Below are positions 55,126 through 63,413 of a stretch of DNA of 64,000 nucleotides, in pieces. Below the pieces are notes generated by a model. The model searched no databases. It was not told the origin of the DNA and saw only the letters and a program-made list of their open reading frames with translations. The translations under genes and the position numbers were made by a program. Source of the stretch: Candidatus Kaiserbacteria bacterium (GTDB taxonomy: Bacteria > Patescibacteriota > Minisyncoccia > Phycocordibacterales > UBA2100); NCBI GenBank assembly GCA_023267655.1, contig JAHFMV010000003.1, forward strand, positions 16,522 to 80,521, read 5' to 3'. Within the stretch, counting starts at the first letter, position 1; the number at the start of each line of letters is the position of its first letter.

Positions 55126-55800
55126 ATGCCTGAAACCGTCACCTCAACAAAGCCGACCAGCAAATCGACACAGCAATTTGTGCCGGTTTCCGAAGTGCGC
55201 GACGGTATCTTGATCCTCAAGGACAAGAGCCTGCGTGCGATCCTTCTTGCGTCGTCGATCAATTTTGCGCTTAAATCTGAAGACGAACAGACGGCGTTTA
55301 TCGTGCAATTCCAAAACTTTCTCAACTCGCTCGACTTTTCGTGCGAAATTTTCGTGCAATCGCGCATGCTCGACATCCGCCCGTACATTGCATCCCTCGA
55401 GGTCGCCTACAAAGGGCAGCTCGACGACCTTATGCGCATCCAAATTCGCGAATACATCGAATTCATCAAGAGCTTTACCGAGGCCGCGAACATCATGACG
55501 AAAAATTTCTTCGTCGTCGTCCCGTATTCGTCGACGGCGATTTCGCTTTCCGGCAGTGGCGGCATCGCGGGGAAATTACCGTTTGGACGCAAAAAAAATA
55601 CGGCAGAGGATGCGAACCGTTCGTTTGAAGAGCAGGTCTCACAGCTTGAGCAACGCATTTCGATCGTGCAGCAGGGTCTCGTGCGCTGCGGCGTACGCAC
55701 CGTGCAGCTTGGAACCGAAGAGGCGATCGAACTGATGTACAAACTCTTCAACCCGGGCGAAGAAGGGAAGCCGATGACGCTGGATGCAGGTGCCAGGTGA
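55126..55800 (+). CDS. VirB4/TrsE-like N-terminal domain encoded as a separate ORF
   Basis: FVPVSEVRDGILILKDKSLRAILLASSINFALKSEDEQ resembles the N-terminus of Gram-positive-type VirB4 ATPases; stop codon lies inside a family-B repeat arm. Confidence 0.45.
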   Translation: MPETVTSTKPTSKSTQQFVPVSEVRDGILILKDKSLRAILLASSINFALKSEDEQTAFIVQFQNFLNSLDFSCEIFVQSRMLDIRPYIASLEVAYKGQLDDLMRIQIREYIEFIKSFTEAANIMTKNFFVVVPYSSTAISLSGSGGIAGKLPFGRKKNTAEDANRSFEEQVSQLEQRISIVQQGLVRCGVRTVQLGTEEAIELMYKLFNPGEEGKPMTLDAGAR

Positions 55801-55879
55801 CAGGTTCCAGGTTACAGTAAAATATAAATACAATACATCATATGAATTTCCTAGAACCTAACACCTGGAACCTGTAACC
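55794..55879 (+). repeat. family-B inverted pair (ggtgacaggttccaggt 55796-55812 / acctggaacctgtaacc 55861-55877) with 48-nt AT-rich loop, separating the two VirB4 ORFs
   Basis: 17-bp stem with one mismatch; forward arm CCTAGAACCTAACACCTGGAACCT ends 5 nt before the ATG at 55882. Confidence 0.65.
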
Positions 55880-55881
55880 TT

Positions 55882-58800
55882 ATGGCTTTATTGGATCTTT
55901 TCAAAAAATCTTCGGTCCCCGCGGCGACGGTGCTGCCGGTCCTTCCGGAAGAAATCTACCGCACTGGCGTCCTCGGCCTCCAGGACGTGATCGCACCGCA
56001 CGCACTTCGCGTCTCGCCGCGCGAGCTCGACCTTGGCGAAAAAATCGCGCGCACGTTTTTTGTGATCTCATACCCGCGCTTCCTCACGACGGGGTGGTTT
56101 GCGCCGATCATCAACATGGACAAGGTGCTCGACATCGCGATTTTCATCCATCCGATGGACACGAACGAAATGCTGCGCAAATTTCAGAAAAAAGTCGCCG
56201 AGGTGCAAAGTCAGATCGCGACGCGTGAGGAAAAGGGGATGGTGCGCGACCCAATGCTCGATACCGCATATCAAGACCTCGAAAAATTGCGCGACTCTCT
56301 GCAACAAGCGCAGGAACGCATTTTTGATGTCGGACTCTACCTCACGATCTACGGCTCGAGCCGCGAAGAAATAGATAAGGTAGAGAGCGAAATCCGCTCG
56401 ATCCTCGAGAGCCGCCTCGTGTACATCCGCCCGGCACTTTTCCAGCAAGAACAAGGCTTCCGCTCGACGCTCCCGATTGCGACCGATGAATTAAACGTCC
56501 ACACGAAACTCAATTCGGCGCCGCTCTCGTCCATCTTCCCGTTTATTTCATTCGACCTAACGTCCGACAGGGGAATCCTTTACGGCATCAACCGCCACAA
56601 TTCGTCACTTATTTTGTTCGATCGATTTTCTTTGGAGAATTATAATTCGGTCACTTTCGCAAAGTCGGGAGCAGGTAAGAGCGTCTGCTACGAAGAGCCC
56701 GTTTTGACACGTGAAAGCGGAATCATACGTTATGCGCCAATTGGTCAAGTGGTGGAAAAAACTATTAAAAAACATGGTTGCAGAAAGATTGACGACGAGT
56801 TAGAGGGAGTTATCGATCCGGGTATTGAAGTGTTCAGTTTTGATCAAGACATGCGGGGGCGTTGGAGTAAAGTATCGGTCGCTGCACGAAAAGATGCCCC
56901 AGATACATACTACGCATTCAGGACAAAAAGCGGCCGCGAGGTAACAACTACTGCTGATCACAACATGCTAGTCTTACGACGCGGGAAAGTTATTGCCGCG
57001 AAAAGTGAAAATGTGAAAGAGGGAGAGTATATTCCTCTGCCGCGCAGCGTGCATCCATCCCTGCACTCCCCCCGTCATATAGGATCTAGCCTCTTGCCGG
57101 TAACAGAACATCTCAGTTCTGTCCTTGGTTGGATCGCAGCAGAAGGGACTATCGCGAAACGCTCGATCATTATCAGCAACACCGATCAGGAATCACTGTC
57201 ACACATTGAAAATGAATGTCGAGCCCTCGGTTTTTCCTGCGGCAGCAACAAGCGGTGGGTTGCCATTTATGGCAAACGTGTCTGTGAACAGCTAAAAGCC
57301 CTTGGCGCAACGGGAAAATCCGGTACTAAAACAGTCCCCGGATTTCTTTTTAACACGTCGCGCGATGTGGTCGCCTCATACCTGCAAGCGTATTTCGAAG
57401 GTGATGGCGGTGTAGAAAATCACGAAATTACTGCGCTTTCAAAGTCGAAAGAGCTGATATCAGGGCTTTCGTATTTGTTGTACTACTTCGGCATTATTGC
57501 GCGGATACAGAAGCGGCAGAAGAAATACGCGAAGACGGGACGCAAAAGGACATTCTGGATGCTTAGCATTTCAGGTCAGGATAATATCCGGAAATTCCAA
57601 GAGCACATCGGCTTTATTTCGACGCGAAAAAAGGAGGCCCTCGCGAAAATCGCCGTTAAAAACGGAAATACCAACTGCGATATCGTGCCGGGACTACAAC
57701 CGCTTGCGAAAGAGCTTGAACTCCTTTTCGATACGCAGCTGTCGGACATATCCGACTTCTCCGCGCTCAAGCAGGGTCACGGCCTCTCGCCGACTCGGCT
57801 CGGAACACTTGTCGATACAATGGAGGCGCGCGTGCGGCGGTTCAAGGACTTGTATCCTTTCATGCAGAAATTGCAGGATCTGCCGACTGTTGAAGCGATT
57901 ATCAAAAAAGCTGATGGAGATCGCGATTTGAATCACAGGCTTATTGAAACAATGAGCAGCTCATGGTTTACGGTCAAGCAAGGAATGCCACCACGAACGA
58001 AAAATGCGCTGAAAATCTTTGAAACTGCAGGTGTCGAAGCTCCAAAAACCATCGACGAATTAAAGGGGATGGTGGAGAGCGGCGTCTCGAATTTGCGCGT
58101 CCCGAGGAGCGATTTTGATGAGTACCTTACGAGATCCCTGCATGGTACTCGCGACAATTCGTCGTACGAACTCCTACGCACCGCATCACAATTTATTTTT
58201 TGGGAGTACCGCCGCACGCTACACAACTTGCATCGCGTCGAAGAAATCATCGCTATGTTTAAGACGCTCGTGAACGCCGACCTTTTCTGGGATCCGATTG
58301 TTTCTATCGTGAAAAAGGCCAACAAAAAAGACAAGTATGTATACGACCTCACCGTTGACGACGAAGTGTTCCTCGCGGGACACGGCGGCATGTTCGTGCA
58401 CAATTCATATACGACGAAGCTTGAGATTCTGCGCTCTTTAATGTTCGATACGGAAGTCATCGTCATCGACCCGGAACGCGAATACGAATATCTCGCGACG
58501 ACCGTCGGCGGCCGCTACTTCAACATTTCACTCTCCTCCGAACACCATATCAATCCGTTTGATCTCCCCATCCCACGTGAAGACGAGAACCCCGGCGACA
58601 TTTTGCGCAACAACATCATTACGCTCGTTGGCCTCTTCCGCATCATGCTCGGCGGACTTACGCCAGAAGAGGACGCCGTCATCGACAAGGCGATTACGGA
58701 AACCTACGCACTCAAAGACATTACGCAAGACGCGAATTTCGCCTCTATCGAGCCGCCGCTCCTCTCCGACTTTGAACTGGTCTTAAGCGGCATGGAAGGA

Positions 58801-59685
58801 TCAGAATCACTCGTCGCGCGCCTTTCGAAATATACGAAAGGCACGTGGTCGGGATTCATGAACCGCCCGACCAACGTCGATATGAACAAAAAACTTACGG
58901 TCTTTTCCGTGCGCGATATGGAAGATGATTTGAAGCCGGTCGCGATGTACATCATTACACACCACATTTGGAACACGGTAAGGAAAGAACTGCGAAAGCG
59001 CCTGCTTGTGATCGACGAGGCGTGGTGGATGATGAAATCGCAAGACACGGCGAGCTTCCTTTTCGGTATTGCAAAGCGCGGCCGTAAATACTATCTCGGT
59101 CTCTCGACGATTACGCAGGACGTCAACGACTTTCTCACCTCACCGTACGGCGCGGCGATGATCACGAACTCATCAATTCAGCTCCTTCTGCGCCAATCAC
59201 CGACGTCGGTTGATCTTGTACAAAGCACGTTCAAATTGACTGATGAAGAAAAGTATTTGCTCCTCGAATCCGACGTGGGGGAGGGGATTTTCTTCGCCGG
59301 ACTGAAGCATGTTGCCATCAAAGTCATCGCCTCGTACACCGAAGACCAAATCATTACCTCCGATCCGTCGCAAATCCTCGCTATCAAGAAAGCAAAAATG
59401 GATCTCGCTTCTGCAAACGATACAAGCGCACCTGCCGCACCACGACAGAGCGCCGCTGATATCTTAAAAGCCGCGGCCATGAAGGAATCGAGCGGTATCG
59501 CGCAGCAGGCCGCTACCGAGGCACTACCAACGCAAACACCAGCGGCAAGCACAGAATCCGACAATCCGCTTCCACCGCCCCCAACACCGACTCCTACTCC
59601 ACCGCCCTCGCCTGTCGCGCCTGCACCTGCGGCACCCACCGCGCCCTCGCTTCCACCCGAAGCAAATCCTGATCGTCCGGTATGA
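55882..59685 (+). CDS. VirB4/TraE-like T4SS ATPase (extein ~694 aa) interrupted by an in-frame 573-aa intein
   Basis: Walker A FAKSGAGKS immediately before the intein; C-extein SYTTKLEILRSL...LLVIDEAWWMMKS (DEAW Walker-B-like) and conserved VirB4 C-terminal region; Pro-rich tail. Confidence 0.8.
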   Translation: MALLDLFKKSSVPAATVLPVLPEEIYRTGVLGLQDVIAPHALRVSPRELDLGEKIARTFFVISYPRFLTTGWFAPIINMDKVLDIAIFIHPMDTNEMLRKFQKKVAEVQSQIATREEKGMVRDPMLDTAYQDLEKLRDSLQQAQERIFDVGLYLTIYGSSREEIDKVESEIRSILESRLVYIRPALFQQEQGFRSTLPIATDELNVHTKLNSAPLSSIFPFISFDLTSDRGILYGINRHNSSLILFDRFSLENYNSVTFAKSGAGKSVCYEEPVLTRESGIIRYAPIGQVVEKTIKKHGCRKIDDELEGVIDPGIEVFSFDQDMRGRWSKVSVAARKDAPDTYYAFRTKSGREVTTTADHNMLVLRRGKVIAAKSENVKEGEYIPLPRSVHPSLHSPRHIGSSLLPVTEHLSSVLGWIAAEGTIAKRSIIISNTDQESLSHIENECRALGFSCGSNKRWVAIYGKRVCEQLKALGATGKSGTKTVPGFLFNTSRDVVASYLQAYFEGDGGVENHEITALSKSKELISGLSYLLYYFGIIARIQKRQKKYAKTGRKRTFWMLSISGQDNIRKFQEHIGFISTRKKEALAKIAVKNGNTNCDIVPGLQPLAKELELLFDTQLSDISDFSALKQGHGLSPTRLGTLVDTMEARVRRFKDLYPFMQKLQDLPTVEAIIKKADGDRDLNHRLIETMSSSWFTVKQGMPPRTKNALKIFETAGVEAPKTIDELKGMVESGVSNLRVPRSDFDEYLTRSLHGTRDNSSYELLRTASQFIFWEYRRTLHNLHRVEEIIAMFKTLVNADLFWDPIVSIVKKANKKDKYVYDLTVDDEVFLAGHGGMFVHNSYTTKLEILRSLMFDTEVIVIDPEREYEYLATTVGGRYFNISLSSEHHINPFDLPIPREDENPGDILRNNIITLVGLFRIMLGGLTPEEDAVIDKAITETYALKDITQDANFASIEPPLLSDFELVLSGMEGSESLVARLSKYTKGTWSGFMNRPTNVDMNKKLTVFSVRDMEDDLKPVAMYIITHHIWNTVRKELRKRLLVIDEAWWMMKSQDTASFLFGIAKRGRKYYLGLSTITQDVNDFLTSPYGAAMITNSSIQLLLRQSPTSVDLVQSTFKLTDEEKYLLLESDVGEGIFFAGLKHVAIKVIASYTEDQIITSDPSQILAIKKAKMDLASANDTSAPAAPRQSAADILKAAAMKESSGIAQQAATEALPTQTPAASTESDNPLPPPPTPTPTPPPSPVAPAPAAPTAPSLPPEANPDRPV
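56686..58404 (+). mobile_element. intein with LAGLIDADG homing-endonuclease domain inserted in the VirB4 P-loop
   Basis: Block A CYEEPVLTRESGIIRYAPIGQVV (Cys1 at 56686), block B TTTADHNMLV, DOD motifs LGWIAAEGTI and LQAYFEGDGGV, block F/G KYVYDLTVDDEVFLAGHGGMFVHN followed by Ser+1 (58405). Confidence 0.75.
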
Positions 59686-60716
59686 CGCGTGCGTTTACAT
59701 TCCTTTTCTCCCTTGTTCTTACGGCGTGCATGTGCACGCTGGTCAGCGCACAATCGCTCTCACTTGAAAAGCCGATCACACTGCAAATTTCTCCCGAAAA
59801 TCCAGAGCCTCACGAAATGGTACATCTCACCATTCAGAGCTACGCCATCGACTTGAACCGGAGCGACATCACGTGGCGCGCAAATGATACGGTGATTGCA
59901 CAAGGTGCTGGCATCAAAGAAGCGACGTTTACGACAGGGGACGCGGGCGAAGAAACCACTATCGTTGTGACCGCGATCGACCCGGACGAAGAAGTCGGCC
60001 GTGTCGTCGCCTCGGTCATTCCGACGGAAGTTGACCTTCTCTGGGATAGCGATTCGTATGTGCCGCCCTTTTTCAAAGGCCGCACTCCGGCAGGAACGGG
60101 CGCGAACGTGCACCTCTATGCTGCAGCGCGTTTCCCAACTCTCAAGGGAGTGTTCGTTTCTGACAGCGATATTATTTACACGTGGTCACAAAATGGAACC
60201 ATCCTCGGAAGTAAATCCGGCCGTGGAAGATCAAGTATCACCATCCCCGGTCCCGCGCTCTTTGGTGCAGATAGTGTAAAAGTCGACGCAGAAACGGTTG
60301 ACAAAACCATGCGCGGAAGCGCGACGGCACAGATTCCCGCCGCGGACACGCATCTCGTATTGTATGAAAACCATCCTCTCTTTGGAATTTTGTTCCACCG
60401 CGCGATTATCGGCGACGTGAACACGAAAGAAAAAGAGCAAAAAGTGACCGTCGTCCCGTATTTTGCGCACATCACGTCGCCGAGTGACCCGTCGCTGTCG
60501 TATGATTGGCACGTCAACGACACGCGTATCGCGCCTGATCCTCACAACCCCGAGACACTCACCATTGCGGCTAATAATTACAATGGCCCCGCCTCGATCG
60601 CACTCACCCTCTCGAGCGCAAGCGATATTCTGATGCATGCAACCGGCCTCTGGTCGCTCATCTTCTCCGACACCAGCTCACTCTTCGGCGGAACTACGAA
60701 TGGATTTGGCCAATAA
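59682..60716 (+). CDS. secreted hypothetical protein (344 aa)
   Basis: Signal peptide MTRAFTFLFSLVLTACMCTLVSA; beta-rich repeat-like sequence. Confidence 0.4.
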   Translation: MTRAFTFLFSLVLTACMCTLVSAQSLSLEKPITLQISPENPEPHEMVHLTIQSYAIDLNRSDITWRANDTVIAQGAGIKEATFTTGDAGEETTIVVTAIDPDEEVGRVVASVIPTEVDLLWDSDSYVPPFFKGRTPAGTGANVHLYAAARFPTLKGVFVSDSDIIYTWSQNGTILGSKSGRGRSSITIPGPALFGADSVKVDAETVDKTMRGSATAQIPAADTHLVLYENHPLFGILFHRAIIGDVNTKEKEQKVTVVPYFAHITSPSDPSLSYDWHVNDTRIAPDPHNPETLTIAANNYNGPASIALTLSSASDILMHATGLWSLIFSDTSSLFGGTTNGFGQ

Positions 60717-60717
60717 T

Positions 60718-62058
60718 ATGAACTACCAACGAATTTTCACGTACATTGGTGTCGCCGCGATCATACTCCTCCTTGTTGGGCTTCTTGGATGGTATTTCTT
60801 TATCCAGAAGGCAACACAATCGGTCCAAGGTGCGGACCAGGCACGTGGATTCTCTATCGGCATTCCGTCGTTCCTCGGGGGACAGGGCTCAAACGCGGCA
60901 AACACGAACACCGGCGGCTCTTCGGGAGCAAGTCTTGCGACACAACAAGAAACCGGATCCAAAGGAACACAAAGTGCACTCCTCAAATTCCTTGGTATTG
61001 GCGCACAACCACCACTTCAGGGCGCACGCGTTCCAACTTCTCCGCAGATGGCGCCCGCACAAGAGCCATTACAAAAGCGCGCGCCGCGCCTCTTCCATGC
61101 AAATCTCTCGCCGGTTGCGGGTGCTGCCTTCGTCGGATCAGGAAGTTCAACGCGACTGCGGTACGTCGAGCGGGCGACGGGAAATGTCTTTGATGTGAGC
61201 CCGGAGAGCGGCGATATTGTGCGCATTACCAACACGCTTATTCCCAAAGTGTATGCGGCATCAATGGGAAGTGGCGGCATCGTCGTTGAACGAACGCTTG
61301 AAGATGGTGCGCCTACCGCGCTTGTCGGGAAAATTGGCACGTCAACCGACGGGCTTGCCGCACTGAATACAAAAAATCTTGGCTCGAATGTCCGTGAAAT
61401 CGCGAGCATTCCAACTTCAAATAATATTGTGACTCTCACCCGCACCAACGCAGGGACGCGTCTCGTACGATCCGCATGGAACGGCGCATCTCCTCACGAC
61501 ATTGCATCAACCGCGGCGGGAGATTTCCGTATCCTCTGGCCATCCGACAACCGGATCTTTCTCGTTGAAAAAGCGGGAAGTGGCGTCTTGGGTAGTGCAT
61601 TCAATGTGGAGGGAGGAACTCTCACCGCACTGATCCGCAACATCCCCGGCCTCACGGTACTGCCACACCCATCGTCAGACGCACTTCTGTATGGCACGGA
61701 CGATGGCACGTCGCTCTCTCTCTTTGCACGGCCGGCAGGTGCGAGTGCGATAGAACTTCCGATCCATACCACCGCGGACAAATGCGTGTGGGGCGCCGGG
61801 ACAACCGCATACTGTGCGGTGCCCGATACAAAAACAGGCTCTGTGTTTCTTGATCGATGGTATCGTGGGGAGGTACACACCGAAGACACGTGGTACACCG
61901 TGGATACCGGCGCGGCAGATGCAACGAAACTGTTTACCTTGAGTACGAGCGATGCGGTCGATGTTGAATCACCAACCATCGATGCGGGCGGAAAGTATCT
62001 TGCGTTTCTCAACGCCCGCGACAAATCACTGTGGATATTCCGCATCAGCGACCAATAA
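60718..62058 (+). CDS. membrane-anchored hypothetical protein (beta-propeller-like ectodomain?)
   Basis: Internal ATG 60718 (MNYQRIFTYIGVAAIILLLVGLLGWYFF) preferred over the ORF-track start. Confidence 0.4.
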   Translation: MNYQRIFTYIGVAAIILLLVGLLGWYFFIQKATQSVQGADQARGFSIGIPSFLGGQGSNAANTNTGGSSGASLATQQETGSKGTQSALLKFLGIGAQPPLQGARVPTSPQMAPAQEPLQKRAPRLFHANLSPVAGAAFVGSGSSTRLRYVERATGNVFDVSPESGDIVRITNTLIPKVYAASMGSGGIVVERTLEDGAPTALVGKIGTSTDGLAALNTKNLGSNVREIASIPTSNNIVTLTRTNAGTRLVRSAWNGASPHDIASTAAGDFRILWPSDNRIFLVEKAGSGVLGSAFNVEGGTLTALIRNIPGLTVLPHPSSDALLYGTDDGTSLSLFARPAGASAIELPIHTTADKCVWGAGTTAYCAVPDTKTGSVFLDRWYRGEVHTEDTWYTVDTGAADATKLFTLSTSDAVDVESPTIDAGGKYLAFLNARDKSLWIFRISDQ

Positions 62059-62059
62059 C

Positions 62060-62443
62060 ATGCACAAAAATTTCCACCAAAAAACCAAATATCTTTTTCA
62101 GGCGGCGGGCACTGCTGTGTTAAACGGCGTCGGAAATGCACAACAATCACCCTTTCTTTCAAAATTATTTGACCCCAACACGACATCACTCGCACAATTT
62201 TTTAACGCGCTTTTCAAGGCAGCAATCGTGCTTGGCGCAATGTTCGCGGTTCTTCGCCTCGGCTACGCGGGATTTATGTATATGACGACCGACCTCCCGG
62301 GAACAAAGGGAAACGCTCGAGAAATTATCAGCAAGGCCGTTCTCGGTCTTTTACTACTTCTCGGCGTTTGGCTAATTCTTAATCAAATTAATCCGGACAT
62401 TTTGAACCTCGACATCTTAAGAAATATAAAAAGCGCCCCGTGA
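62060..62443 (+). CDS. VirB2/TrbC-like pilin-type small membrane protein
   Basis: Two hydrophobic helices (AQFFNALFKAAIVLGAMFAVLRLGYAGFMYM; AVLGLLLLLGVWLILNQI) after a cleavable-looking leader; last gene of the T4SS-like cluster. Confidence 0.35.
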   Translation: MHKNFHQKTKYLFQAAGTAVLNGVGNAQQSPFLSKLFDPNTTSLAQFFNALFKAAIVLGAMFAVLRLGYAGFMYMTTDLPGTKGNAREIISKAVLGLLLLLGVWLILNQINPDILNLDILRNIKSAP

Positions 62444-62450
62444 GAGGCGC
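62428..62450 (-). terminator. intrinsic terminator for the minus-strand zinc-finger gene (gcgcc-tctcacgg-ggcgc then ttttt on the minus strand)
   Basis: Read directly from sequence. Confidence 0.5.
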
Positions 62451-62493
62451 CCATGAAAATCAGTCGTCCGTACTGAATTTCATATTGATTTCG

Positions 62494-62763
62494 TTAGTGA
62501 CCGACTGTACCAGAGCCGTGACAGCGCGGACAAACCACGCGTCCCGTCCCCTGACACTGGCGACACTCTACTTGACGTGCACCCCTCTGAATGACACCAT
62601 TCCCTTTGCATCGTGGACAGTCAATCTGTCCCTTGCTTAAAAAGAAGTCCTTACAGCGTTGACAATCTCTTACGGCCATGACTTTTCCTTTCGTGCACTT
62701 GAGACATTCCACTTGCACCATCGCAAGCCATCCGTAATGTATACACACGGAAGGAAAAGTCAA
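62494..62763 (-). CDS. small DnaJ-type CxxCxGxG zinc-finger protein
   Basis: Repeats CPRCKGNGV, CRQCQGTGRV, CPRCHGSGTV. Confidence 0.5.
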   Translation of the reverse strand: MTFPSVCIHYGWLAMVQVECLKCTKGKVMAVRDCQRCKDFFLSKGQIDCPRCKGNGVIQRGARQVECRQCQGTGRVVCPRCHGSGTVGH

Positions 62764-62774
62764 TCTTCCTCATC

Positions 62775-63245
62775 CTATGCCGCGTATCTAATAACCACGC
62801 GGCGATTGCGACCCTCGCCTTGCGATTCTGTTTTTACATTCGGCGCTTTTTGGAGGGTGGTATGCACGATGAGACGCTCGTACGCGCTCATGGGCGAGAG
62901 CTCCACGTCGTATTGGAAACTGCGCGCACGCTCGGCCATCATAAGGGCTTTCGTCTGTAAATCTTTGATCTGACGAGTGCGGTATTCATTGACGTCAACG
63001 AGAAAATGGTCTTCGGTTGGTTCTGCACCCTCAACGCGAGGGCCGTTTTTTTGTTCTACAATCTTCTTTACCAAGTAGTCAATGGCGTGGATGGCATCGC
63101 CATGGCCGCCGATGAGCTGCCGCGCATCGTCGGCTGCAATCATATAGATCTGCTGCCCCGCGACTTCGAGGTGTGAAATATCCTTATACACCGCCCCCAT
63201 AGAGTCGAGGAGAGATTTGAGAATTGGTTCAATGTCCACCTGCAT
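62775..63245 (-). CDS. jag: Jag/KhpB-like RNA-binding protein (KH + R3H domains)
   Basis: C-terminal R3H pattern ELSPMSAYERLIVHTTL...SQGEGRNRRVVIRY; downstream of yidC as usual. Confidence 0.7.
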   Translation of the reverse strand: MQVDIEPILKSLLDSMGAVYKDISHLEVAGQQIYMIAADDARQLIGGHGDAIHAIDYLVKKIVEQKNGPRVEGAEPTEDHFLVDVNEYRTRQIKDLQTKALMMAERARSFQYDVELSPMSAYERLIVHTTLQKAPNVKTESQGEGRNRRVVIRYAA

Positions 63246-63295
63246 GGGTGGACTTTATCACCAACGGGCGGGAAGGGCTAGTTTGAGGGAATTTG

Positions 63296-63413
63296 CAGAT
63301 AATTTTCAATTCTCAATTTTCAGTGAATTTTCAATGTTCCAATGTTTGAAAATTGATTCATTCGAACTTGAATGAAAATTTGAAATTGATAATTGATAAT
63401 TGATAATTGAAAA
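63296..63413. repeat. AT-rich repetitive spacer (TTTTCAAT words, GATAATTGA x3 tandem, palindrome cattcgaacttgaatg) between yidC and jag
   Basis: Read directly from sequence. Confidence 0.6.
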
